A DNA stretch of 64,000 nt from the NCBI GenBank assembly GCA_052035405.1, contig JBPOHQ010000008.1:32893-96892 (forward strand), read 5' to 3'. Each line of letters starts with the position of its first letter. Within the stretch, counting starts at the first letter, position 1. Source of the DNA: Candidatus Nomurabacteria bacterium. Its GTDB lineage: Bacteria; Patescibacteriota; Minisyncoccia; Phycocordibacterales; UBA9973. Below the pieces are notes generated by a model. It ran no database searches. It saw nothing but the letters and a program-made list of their open reading frames with translations, and was not told the origin of the DNA. The translations under genes and the position numbers were made by a program. This document shows, in pieces, positions 1 to 8,837 of this stretch.

Positions 1-1078
1 TTATATGAAAATATGAACCATTATAATGATTTATGGAGTTTATTCCAACGGCACCATTGGTTCCTGAACCACCATGAACTTCTATATACTGTCCACCACC
101 TATATACATAACCACATGCCCCGCACTTGTATATTGGCTACTTTCTCCTTGTATCCAACCCAATAAATCACCAACTTGTAACGGAATACCATTTACTGAG
201 TTATTGATGACAGACCCACTTACCGTTTCAGATGATGGAAACATTGTTGCTGTGGTGTCCCCAGGTAAACTCATTCCAGCACAAGCGTAAACTTGTTTTA
301 CAAAAGAAGAACAATCTAAATATACTGTTGATGGTGATGTTCCGATAGTACCTCGCTGAGAATTACTATAAGTAACTTTACCATTAAAACTTTGGGCAAT
401 TGAAGCAATTTGGGATTCTCCCCCACTACCGGGACAATTAATACCCATAGCTGTAAGAGCAGAGGGTGATATAGCTGAAAAAGAACCAGCAGCACCTTCT
501 TGAGCTGGTCCTATAACTATTTTTGCTTTAGGTATATTTGGACAAAGATTTAAAAGTTGAGGGTTTATTGTATTTAATATTGCATAAGCTCCGAGTGCTA
601 GAATAAGTCCAAATACTGCATTTCTTGCTTGTTCTAGGCCTGCACCTTTAGCTGAAATACTCTCACTCGTCATGTACTGAATACCACCAATAACTATCAT
701 AATCATCGCTAATACAGCAGAGATTCCTATAAACAATTTTATCAAAACATTAAAATATTTACTTAACGCACAACCTTCTCCACCCACAGCATTAACATTG
801 TAGTTTTCTAAACCCGGCAAAGGTGCAAGCAGTGTATATGTTCCAGGGTTTGAATTACTACTTGTTGGAGAAAGAGTTTGAGTATTTGAACTTGTCCCTG
901 TGTCGTTTAAGACATCTGGATTTGGTGATGGGTCAACAATATTTCCATCTATAGTTAACCCTTCCCCTGTTTGTGCAAACACAAACGTTGAAGTAAAAAT
1001 AAATATAAAAAAACTAACTAGAAAAACAACAAAAAATTCCTTTATATATATTTTTTTTCTTGAATTAAAAATTAACAT
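1..1078 (-). CDS. Membrane-anchored cell-wall hydrolase with a C-terminal NlpC/P60-CHAP-like domain, partial (C-terminus runs off the window start); candidate T4SS-associated VirB1/CwlT-type lytic enzyme
   Basis: Not in the ORF track because no stop falls in the window. Hand translation of the minus strand gives MLIFNSRKKIYIKEFFVVFLVSFFIFIFTSTFVFAQT (signal/anchor), a TM stretch LIKLFIGISAVLAMIMIVIGGIQYM, then ...GIPLQVGDLLGWIQGESSQYTSAGHVVMYIGGGQYIEVHGG... typical of NlpC/P60-CHAP Cys-His peptidases; ATG at 1076-1078. Confidence 0.6.
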   Translation of the reverse strand, partial: MLIFNSRKKIYIKEFFVVFLVSFFIFIFTSTFVFAQTGEGLTIDGNIVDPSPNPDVLNDTGTSSNTQTLSPTSSNSNPGTYTLLAPLPGLENYNVNAVGGEGCALSKYFNVLIKLFIGISAVLAMIMIVIGGIQYMTSESISAKGAGLEQARNAVFGLILALGAYAILNTINPQLLNLCPNIPKAKIVIGPAQEGAAGSFSAISPSALTAMGINCPGSGGESQIASIAQSFNGKVTYSNSQRGTIGTSPSTVYLDCSSFVKQVYACAGMSLPGDTTATMFPSSETVSGSVINNSVNGIPLQVGDLLGWIQGESSQYTSAGHVVMYIGGGQYIEVHGGSGTNGAVGINSINHYNGSYFHI

Positions 1079-2051
1079 TAATTTCTTTGCTTGCTTCTTG
1101 AAAAAGAGTTTTTATATTACTAATAACTATTTTTATTTTAGCACTACCATTTTTACCTTCTTCTGGTTTAATACGTAATTCATTTTTTTGTAAGTTGTCT
1201 AACTGTCTTTCACCTAGTGTCCAAGTAATTTTAACCTTATCTGAAGACAGGTTTTTGGAAGAGAAAAAATAAGGTATAGCTATAAAATCTTCTCCGTTTT
1301 TATCTAAGGTAATACCATTTTTTACCTCTTGATTGAACATAATGCCAAAAACAGGATCTTTTTTATAAATCACAATTTTAGGAGTAATTCCAGAAACTGT
1401 TAAGCTATCTTTTGCCTGCAGGTTTCCAGATATATCAGACACCTTTACTGTTATTGTATCACTTGGGTCTAAATAACTATTTTTAAAACTAAAAGATGTT
1501 TTACCCCAACCAGATGAACTTGGCCTACCTTCTCCATTTTGTTCCCAGGTATAAGAAAGGTTGTTTGGATTAATTTTATTTAACTGTGTTCCAATAGTTG
1601 GTATTGCTACCATCTTAAAAGAACCTTCTTTACTAACTAGAGTTTTACCTTTGTAAAAAGGTGGCTTAAAAGAGTCCACTGCCTCCCAAAGAATATCAAC
1701 ATCTGAAGCGGTTAATAAAATCGATTTTCTAACACTTTGTCCATCAATAGTATCAACAACAACACTTAAATTTGTTTGTGTGCCAAATTCCCCAACATTA
1801 AATGAAAAGCTTTTTTTTCCAATACCGATAGATATAAGTTGATTGTTTACTAACCAAGAGATGTTTGATTTGTTTAAATCAAAAACGTAACTAGTTAACG
1901 TTGCTTTTACTTCTTCGTTTGGTTTTGGGTTTTCTGGAGATAATAGTAGTGTTACATCTGTGTTGTTTAATTGTGCAAAAGTATGTATTCCGGTAAAAGT
2001 ATAAATACATATAACACTCAGAATAAAAATTTTTAAAACACCAGTTTTCAT
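1065..2051 (-). CDS. Hypothetical secreted protein (N-terminal signal peptide) within the T4SS-like cluster
   Basis: ORF track; N-terminus MKTGVLKIFILSVICIYTFTGIHTFAQ is signal-peptide-like; no recognised catalytic motif. Confidence 0.5.
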   Translation of the reverse strand: MKTGVLKIFILSVICIYTFTGIHTFAQLNNTDVTLLLSPENPKPNEEVKATLTSYVFDLNKSNISWLVNNQLISIGIGKKSFSFNVGEFGTQTNLSVVVDTIDGQSVRKSILLTASDVDILWEAVDSFKPPFYKGKTLVSKEGSFKMVAIPTIGTQLNKINPNNLSYTWEQNGEGRPSSSGWGKTSFSFKNSYLDPSDTITVKVSDISGNLQAKDSLTVSGITPKIVIYKKDPVFGIMFNQEVKNGITLDKNGEDFIAIPYFFSSKNLSSDKVKITWTLGERQLDNLQKNELRIKPEEGKNGSAKIKIVISNIKTLFQEASKEINVNF

Positions 2052-2089
2052 GAGTTTATTATACCTAAAACAGACTAATTATCCAAAAC

Positions 2090-3952
2090 TTATCTAGCAA
2101 TAACTGTATTTGTTCCCGAAACTTCAGACTCTTCTAAGTCAGCTTTTGCCTTTTTAATGGACAGTATTTGAGAAGGATCTGAAGTTATAATTTGGTCTTC
2201 TGTGTAAGAAGAGACTATCTTAATAGCTACGTGTTTTAGTCCCGCAAAGAATATACCCTCACCTACTCCAGACTCCAAAAGGAGATATTTTTCTTCATCA
2301 GTGAGGTTAAAGGTTGATTGGAGTATTTCTATGGTACTTGGAGACTGTTTTAAGAGAAGTTGGATTGAAGAGTTGGTAACAATTGGTATTCCATAAGGAG
2401 ATTTCATGAAGTCAGCTGCGTCTTGAGTGATAGTAGCAAGACCTAAGTAATATTTTCTTCCTCTTTTTGCTAAAGAATACAAGAAAGAAGCAGTATCTTC
2501 TGATTTCATCATCCACCACGCCTCATCCACTACAAGAAGTCTCTTCTTTAAGTTTTTACGAATAGTATTCCAGATGTAGTGGGTAACGATATACATAGCA
2601 ATAGGCTTCAACTCGTCTTCCATATCTCGTACAGAGAAAACAACGAATTTTTTGTTGATATCTACATTACTTGGTTTATTGATAAATGTAGACCAAGAAC
2701 CTTTCGTGTATTTTACCAATCTTTGGACCACAGACTCACTTCCCTCCATTCCAGAAAGAACCATTTCAAAGTCTGACAAAAGCGGTGGCTCTATATTAGA
2801 AAAATCAGAATCAGGGGTGATGTCTTTTATGGCATATGTTTCAGATATTGCTCGGTCTACGATAGAATCTTCTTCTGGAGTAAGTCCACCCAACATGAGT
2901 CTGAAGAGACCTACGAGGTTTATAATATTACTTCTCAGCACATCCTCTGTGGTTTCATCTTCTCTTGGAATTGGTAAATCAAAAGGATTGATATGATGAT
3001 CAGAAGAAAGTGAGATATTGAAATATCTTCCACCTACTGTCTCAGCAAGGTACTCATATTCCCTTTCAGGGTCAATCACAATAACATCAATATCAAACAT
3101 GAGCGAACGAAGTATCTCGAGTTTTGTTGCGTAACTTTTTCCAGAACCAGATTTTGCAAAAGTGACAGAATTGTAGTTCTCAAGAGAGAATCTATCAAAT
3201 ACTACCAAACTGGAATTGTGTCTATTAATACCATACAATATTCCTTTATCTGAAGTTAGGTCAAAAGAAACAAAAGGAAAAATACTTGAAAGCGGCTCAG
3301 AATTTAACTTCTGATGTATGCTGATTAAATCGGTTCCAGTAGGAATAACACTTTTAAAACCTTCTTCTTGTTGAAAAAGTGCTGGTTTAATATATATTAA
3401 CTTTGACTCAAGAATGGATTTAATTTCATTCTCTACTTTAAAGAGCTCTAAGTCATTATCTGCATAGACAGTGATATAGACCCCAACATCAAAAAGCTTT
3501 TCTTGTGCTTGAATAAGACTATCACGAAGACCTTCGAGATCTTGATAGGCAGTATCGAGCATCGGGTCACGAACAACCCCTTTTGATTCTCTAATTCCGA
3601 TCTGGCTTTGTACTTCAGCAACTTTTTTCTGGAATTGTCGTAATGCAAGAGAGGTGTCTATCGGATGGATAAATATTGAAACATCAAAAACCTTATCGAG
3701 GTTAATAATAGGAGAAAACCAGTTATCTATAAGAAAACGAGGATAAGAAATTATAAAAAAAGTACGAGCAATTTTGTCCCCCAAGTCTAGGGACTTAGGG
3801 GCAATTTTTAAAGCAGATGGTGCGATAATATCTTGCAGTTCGAGGTTTGCAGATTCATATATTTCTTCAGGCATCACTGACAAAATAGAAGCACCCGCTT
3901 CTGTTTTTTTACCTTCTTCTTTTTTACCTAACAATTTATCGAGAATTCCCAT
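2090..3952 (-). CDS. VirB4/TrbE/ConE-family type IV secretion ATPase
   Basis: Walker A FAKSGSGKSYATK, DPEREYEYL, Walker-B-like LLVVDEAWWMM (DEAW motif typical of VirB4), IYSLAKRGRKYYLGLATITQ. Confidence 0.8.
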   Translation of the reverse strand: MGILDKLLGKKEEGKKTEAGASILSVMPEEIYESANLELQDIIAPSALKIAPKSLDLGDKIARTFFIISYPRFLIDNWFSPIINLDKVFDVSIFIHPIDTSLALRQFQKKVAEVQSQIGIRESKGVVRDPMLDTAYQDLEGLRDSLIQAQEKLFDVGVYITVYADNDLELFKVENEIKSILESKLIYIKPALFQQEEGFKSVIPTGTDLISIHQKLNSEPLSSIFPFVSFDLTSDKGILYGINRHNSSLVVFDRFSLENYNSVTFAKSGSGKSYATKLEILRSLMFDIDVIVIDPEREYEYLAETVGGRYFNISLSSDHHINPFDLPIPREDETTEDVLRSNIINLVGLFRLMLGGLTPEEDSIVDRAISETYAIKDITPDSDFSNIEPPLLSDFEMVLSGMEGSESVVQRLVKYTKGSWSTFINKPSNVDINKKFVVFSVRDMEDELKPIAMYIVTHYIWNTIRKNLKKRLLVVDEAWWMMKSEDTASFLYSLAKRGRKYYLGLATITQDAADFMKSPYGIPIVTNSSIQLLLKQSPSTIEILQSTFNLTDEEKYLLLESGVGEGIFFAGLKHVAIKIVSSYTEDQIITSDPSQILSIKKAKADLEESEVSGTNTVIAR

Positions 3953-4036
3953 GAATTATATTCTAGGTTCCATACTTAAAACACAAACAATATAAATTAT
4001 AATATATTTACAGAATATAACCTAGGCACTAATTAC

Positions 4037-4684
4037 CTAGCTTTGCTTTTCAAGCTCTATCTTACCCTCCAACTCTCCTGGGTTAAAAACTTTATAGAAT
4101 ACTTCTATGACTTCTTCTGTTCCTAGTTGTGCTGATTTTATACCGCAACGAGAAAGTCCTTGCTGAATTACACTTACGCGTTGTTCTAATTGAGAACGCT
4201 TTTCTTCAAAATCAAGCTCTGCTTCCAGTTTTAATTTCTTTTTGTCTTTTTTACCAAAGAACTTATCAAATAAATCAGACTCCGGTTTCAAGCTTGTTTG
4301 AGAATATGGGACTACAATAAAAAAACTTTTTGTCATAATACTTACTGTTTCTGTGAAATTCCTTATAAATTCTATATATTCTTTTGTTTGAAGTTTAAGG
4401 AGTGGCTCAGTTTGTAACTTCATTCTGTTTTCTAAAAGTAAAAGATATGGTCGTATGTCTAGCTTTCTAGATTGTATTGATATTTGTACAGCAAAGTCTA
4501 GGGTGTTTATAAAACTTTGGAATTGTAAAATTGTGGCTCGCTGTTCATCAGCAGATTTTAATGAAAGATTTATAGAATTAGCTAGTATAATCGCACGAAG
4601 TCCACCATCTTTAAGGACAACAACACCATCACGGACTTCCTTGATTGGTACAAACTCTTGAGTTGCTTTTGCATGTATTGCCAT
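4037..4684 (-). CDS. Hypothetical protein immediately upstream of virB4; possibly a separately encoded VirB4 N-terminal-domain-like module
   Basis: ORF track; EVRDGVVVLKDGGLRAIILANSINLSLKSADEQRATILQFQSFINTLDFAVQISIQSRKLD resembles the kdG..l..a.....g.d.e..s.ee pattern of VirB4 N-terminal domains (inference); no TM segment. Confidence 0.4.
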   Translation of the reverse strand: MAIHAKATQEFVPIKEVRDGVVVLKDGGLRAIILANSINLSLKSADEQRATILQFQSFINTLDFAVQISIQSRKLDIRPYLLLLENRMKLQTEPLLKLQTKEYIEFIRNFTETVSIMTKSFFIVVPYSQTSLKPESDLFDKFFGKKDKKKLKLEAELDFEEKRSQLEQRVSVIQQGLSRCGIKSAQLGTEEVIEVFYKVFNPGELEGKIELEKQS

Positions 4685-4687
4685 GTT

Positions 4688-5107
4688 TTAATTTTGTGTT
4701 TCTTTTTGAAGATCTAAAACGTCTAAACTCCAGGCTAAGTCTCGAAGTTTTCCACCGTTTAGTCTCGGGTTGTGAATTTCTTGGGTGCTTGTTTCTGCTT
4801 GTATTGATTGCTGTTTTTTAACTTTTTTAACTTTTCTTTTCCATATAAAAAGTTTATCTTGTAGGGCATATTTAATTCCTGCTTCAAGCATAAAAACAAA
4901 GGGCTTACTGTTTGGTTTATAGAAAGTAAGTGCTAGTGAAAAAGCTGCAACGGCAAGCATGGGAATGATTCCAAAGATTAAACCAAGAAGTCTATATAGT
5001 ACAAAACAAATTCCAGCTCCACCAGCTAAATAAACAAACTCACTAAAGGTGAATGGTCCAAATATTTTATCTTCAATATCTAAAAATTGTGGAACTTTAA
5101 ATTGCAT
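4688..5107 (-). CDS. VirB3/PrgI/ConD-like small two-TM membrane protein
   Basis: 139 aa; two hydrophobic helices (FVYLAGGAGICFVLYRLLGLIFGIIPMLAVAAFSLALTFY); position directly upstream of the virB4-region genes matches Gram-positive T4SS gene order. Confidence 0.5.
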   Translation of the reverse strand: MQFKVPQFLDIEDKIFGPFTFSEFVYLAGGAGICFVLYRLLGLIFGIIPMLAVAAFSLALTFYKPNSKPFVFMLEAGIKYALQDKLFIWKRKVKKVKKQQSIQAETSTQEIHNPRLNGGKLRDLAWSLDVLDLQKETQN

Positions 5108-5170
5108 ATTGTAAACGAATCTTAAACAAGACTGCTATACATATATTGTAATAGTAAATCAATAAAAAGA

Positions 5171-5887
5171 CTACTCGTTTGGGTCTAGTCTGTATGGATC
5201 TACTTTTTTTGTTTCTGTTTTTTGACTCAATTCGTCTGTATTTTGCTTTGTTATGTTGTTCAAAGAATACTCTGTTTGGGTTTTTGTCATTTTAAATGGT
5301 TCAGCTAATTTCTGTGCAGATATTGAATTTGTTGTTTTTGGTATTGTTGTTGGTACGGGGTTTTCTACTTTCACTAGCATGTCTTCCCTGTTTTCTAAGG
5401 GTTCTTCTTTTTTTACATTTGATTCTTTTTTGTCTGATACAACTTCAATACCAGCATTTGTTAAGACTTCTTTTTCCTCTTGTTTTATATTATTAATAGT
5501 AAAATCTCTTTTTGGAACTACAGTCTCTATTTCGATAGATGAAACGTTTTTCTTTTTACTAGAGATACTAATTAAAGAATCTTTTATTTTCTTAAAAATA
5601 AGTTCGTTTAGTTCATTCACCAGGATTTCTGACTGAGATTTATGTATACCCATCCTCATCTCTAGTTCTTGTTGGTAGTTGAGAGGATTTACTAACCCAC
5701 AAAGCAAGAGTTCAGTCTCTAGTTCTAGAGCTGAAAGCTGCTCTAAGTTGTAACCTTTCTTATCTTTCATTGATAGGATCACTCCTCTCCAGTTCACAGA
5801 ACTAATAGCTTCCCTAGTTTCTTTCGGGAGTTTTTCTCGAGCTTTTTCAATTTTTACTTGTAGTAGGTCTATATTTTCGTCTATCAT
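5171..5887 (-). CDS. Hypothetical protein, paralog of the adjacent 165-aa ORF
   Basis: N-terminus KLPKETREAISSVNW...LETELLLCGLVNPLNY parallels MLPKETQEVLSIFPW...TETALLLTGITDSEDY of the 5913..6410 ORF. Confidence 0.45.
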   Translation of the reverse strand: MIDENIDLLQVKIEKAREKLPKETREAISSVNWRGVILSMKDKKGYNLEQLSALELETELLLCGLVNPLNYQQELEMRMGIHKSQSEILVNELNELIFKKIKDSLISISSKKKNVSSIEIETVVPKRDFTINNIKQEEKEVLTNAGIEVVSDKKESNVKKEEPLENREDMLVKVENPVPTTIPKTTNSISAQKLAEPFKMTKTQTEYSLNNITKQNTDELSQKTETKKVDPYRLDPNE

Positions 5888-5912
5888 ATGTTTATTTTAA
5901 CACAGCTTCGTT

Positions 5913-6410
5913 TTATATTTTGAACTGACTAACCAAATTTGTTTTTATAGGAGAGGTGGGGGTTTTTGGTGCAAAACTTTTATCAATTTTTTTTCTTAAA
6001 CTATCGGTAAGATAAATATAATTTCCCCCGGATAAGATAAAACTAATATTCTGATCTATGTCAGTGTTTCTTTGATTTACACCCTGTTTAATCTTTGAAG
6101 TTATCTGTTCGGCTATAGGTTCTAATATTTTGGTCGTTATGACAATTAATATTTTTTCAGTTTCATTTTTAGTTAGACCAACCTCATTCAATAGATTATA
6201 TTTATAATCTTCTGAATCTGTAATTCCAGTAAGCAAAAGAGCTGTTTCTGTTTGAAGTCTAATAATTTCATCTTCAGTAAGAATGAATTCATTACCTATT
6301 TCAGCTAATTTTTCAAACCAAGGAAAAATACTTAAGACTTCTTGAGTTTCCTTTGGAAGCATTAATAATTCTTCTTGTATAGCTTTTTGTAATTTGTTTT
6401 TTGTATCCAT
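5913..6410 (-). CDS. Hypothetical protein, paralog of the adjacent 238-aa ORF
   Basis: Shared LPKET.E...ET.LLL.G motif with the 5171..5887 ORF. Confidence 0.45.
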   Translation of the reverse strand: MDTKNKLQKAIQEELLMLPKETQEVLSIFPWFEKLAEIGNEFILTEDEIIRLQTETALLLTGITDSEDYKYNLLNEVGLTKNETEKILIVITTKILEPIAEQITSKIKQGVNQRNTDIDQNISFILSGGNYIYLTDSLRKKIDKSFAPKTPTSPIKTNLVSQFKI

Positions 6411-6421
6411 ATTAATTTATC

Positions 6422-8746
6422 TTAATGTCCACCTCCTGCCGTAGGTGCTACAGACATTCTTATTTTTCTAGCGGCTTCATCTCCTCCACGAACACTGTAT
6501 TGACCTAGACCTGTTATTTGATCTGTAATATTACTAAATGTACTATTTATATATTTAGCAAACTTATCTTTTCTAGTCTTATTTAGCGATTTAATTTTAC
6601 TTTTTGCTTCTTTGATGTCTTTTGTTTCTATCTCATAGATACTTTTACCACCCATTTTTGAACCTGGATCCGTTTTAGCGTTAGCATCATTTGAATATTT
6701 CTTGTTTATTCTTTCTATAATTAATTCTCCTTTTGGACTGTAGTCAAAATACTCGACATCAATATTCTTTCCTTTTTTAAGAGCATCCATTTCCTGCTTA
6801 AATGCAGATATTTGTGAATCAAAATGGGAAATCTTACTTTTTGAATCTAAGGTGCCATTGTCTGCGTTTTTTGCGTCTTGCAAATTTTTTCTTGCCGCTT
6901 CTATTTGTTTTTCTATTCTTTCTACTTCACCACCAAATTTATTATTCCAAGCATCTTGTACTTCTTCCGCTTCGTGTAGTTTTCTTTTTACTGGTTCGTC
7001 TTCACCTACTTCAAGTTCTTTTGCTCTCTTTAATCTCTTGGCTACCTTTTCTTCTCTCATTTGTGTAAAGCCTCCTTTTCTAGCTTCTCCAAGGTTTGCT
7101 CCAGTAACACCTGCTAAGTTTTTACCGGCAATTTTAAGGGAGCGAATGTCTAGGTTTGATGATCCAAGCTTCATCATAGATTTCTGGAATACGTCACCAA
7201 AAGCATTTTTAGCGGCAAAGTTTTTAACTGCACTATTATTAGCAAGTGCAGCCCCTGCTCTACCGAGAGTAGCACGTCCTGCTACAGCTGCCGCACCAAG
7301 CACCGCTCCCCCCGCAACACCTCCAAGTAATTTCGTTCCAGAAAGTATGGCTTGACCCATTTCACCAGAGTATTTTACTGCAAGCTCTTTTGCTTTCATG
7401 AGAAGTATATATATAAGCATGAATGGTATAATATTTTTCATTAAACCATCAAGCCAGTCTGTTGAGTCGGTTACATCATAGGGAATTTCTTTTAAGAATC
7501 CTCCAAACAAGATAACTACATACAAGAAAAATACAAATATGGGTGCCATGAAGGCGTGTTGGAACAGATCCCCCCAGAATTTTTTGTGTCCAAATCCAGG
7601 TATTTCAAAGGGTACTGTATATGAAGCAAAAGCGAGAGGTGAGAATATCATAAGTATCCAAAGAGAAGCAACTCTAGCAACAAAGAGTATTGCAACAGAA
7701 AGAAACATAAATATCATATAACCCATTATTAGTATGGAAATAATCATGAGAAGGAAAAATTCTCCCAAGTTGCTTGAAATAGGTTGCACCATAACTTCTT
7801 GTGGGTCAAATTGTCTTACTAGTCCAACCGTTATAGACCTCTCACCATTTTCATTTTCTGGCAAAGGTTCACCATTTTTATTCTCAGGGGTTATATTGTT
7901 GTAAAAAACTTTAGTTAATATATTTGATGCGTCTATTACTATTTTTGTTACAAAAAGACTAAAATTTATAATGAGTGCTATGACAACAATCGTTCCAATG
8001 AGTTTTTTATTGTTACCAACGTTGAGGCTAAGTATAGTTTTTATGGCTACATACAATAATGCAACTATAAAAAATATATTTGCAATATCTCTTACAACAC
8101 CCCAAGCTTTTTCTGTAAAACCACTGGTATATGCCGTACTACTTATAGAATAAAATATAAAAAAATCTAAAACACTTGCTGCTAGTCTTGTAAGTGCTGC
8201 AAACGGACGCCATACGAGATTATAAATCATGGATACAATACAATTTGTAAACCATGTACGTGGGTCTGCACTACAACCTATGTCGTCATCATCAGAACTG
8301 ATGCTGGATTGAGAGGCTCCAGGAACACCTGTGCCTGCTTGGATGGATGGGTTGAAATTTATTTGTGTCTGTGCCGTAGTTCCAAGCCAAGTACTGGATG
8401 GAGTAAAGTTACCAGTCCAGGTTCCTTGGGTAATAACTCCATTTACGACAGTTGCATTCCATGTACCTACAACATCATTTGATGTTCCATTCCAGACGGT
8501 AATATCTCCAGAATATGTCCCGTCAGTATAATTAGTGGTCGTACCCGTAAAGGTACCATCAGGGTTAAGTGTTCCACTTCCGTAAATACCATCAAAACGA
8601 GTTGCTGCTGTTTGAGCTAAAGCCTGTTTTAGGTTTGATTCTAATACAATCTTATTATTTTTTATTTCAAAACTAGGAGTTAAAGGCAACAGAAAAATAC
8701 CTAATGTAACAATCAGTATTAAAATTTTTGATGAAATTTTATTCAT
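6422..8746 (-). CDS. VirB6/TrbL-like polytopic membrane protein with an N-terminal secreted domain and a long C-terminal charged coiled-coil tail
   Basis: Signal peptide MNKISSKILILIVTLGIFLLPL, about 6 hydrophobic helices in the middle (FFIVALLYVAIKTIL, IGTIVVIALIINFSLFVTKIVI, FFLLMIISILIMGYMIFMFLSVAILFV...), K/E-rich C-terminus; the architecture matches Gram-positive VirB6 analogues. Confidence 0.5.
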   Translation of the reverse strand: MNKISSKILILIVTLGIFLLPLTPSFEIKNNKIVLESNLKQALAQTAATRFDGIYGSGTLNPDGTFTGTTTNYTDGTYSGDITVWNGTSNDVVGTWNATVVNGVITQGTWTGNFTPSSTWLGTTAQTQINFNPSIQAGTGVPGASQSSISSDDDDIGCSADPRTWFTNCIVSMIYNLVWRPFAALTRLAASVLDFFIFYSISSTAYTSGFTEKAWGVVRDIANIFFIVALLYVAIKTILSLNVGNNKKLIGTIVVIALIINFSLFVTKIVIDASNILTKVFYNNITPENKNGEPLPENENGERSITVGLVRQFDPQEVMVQPISSNLGEFFLLMIISILIMGYMIFMFLSVAILFVARVASLWILMIFSPLAFASYTVPFEIPGFGHKKFWGDLFQHAFMAPIFVFFLYVVILFGGFLKEIPYDVTDSTDWLDGLMKNIIPFMLIYILLMKAKELAVKYSGEMGQAILSGTKLLGGVAGGAVLGAAAVAGRATLGRAGAALANNSAVKNFAAKNAFGDVFQKSMMKLGSSNLDIRSLKIAGKNLAGVTGANLGEARKGGFTQMREEKVAKRLKRAKELEVGEDEPVKRKLHEAEEVQDAWNNKFGGEVERIEKQIEAARKNLQDAKNADNGTLDSKSKISHFDSQISAFKQEMDALKKGKNIDVEYFDYSPKGELIIERINKKYSNDANAKTDPGSKMGGKSIYEIETKDIKEAKSKIKSLNKTRKDKFAKYINSTFSNITDQITGLGQYSVRGGDEAARKIRMSVAPTAGGGH

Positions 8747-8837
8747 GTGTACACAGAAAACTTCTGTACTTTTCTCTGCTGTTTTCTTATTTGTTTATTA
8801 TAGCAAAACTAAATAAACTTACCTCTTTCTGAGTATC

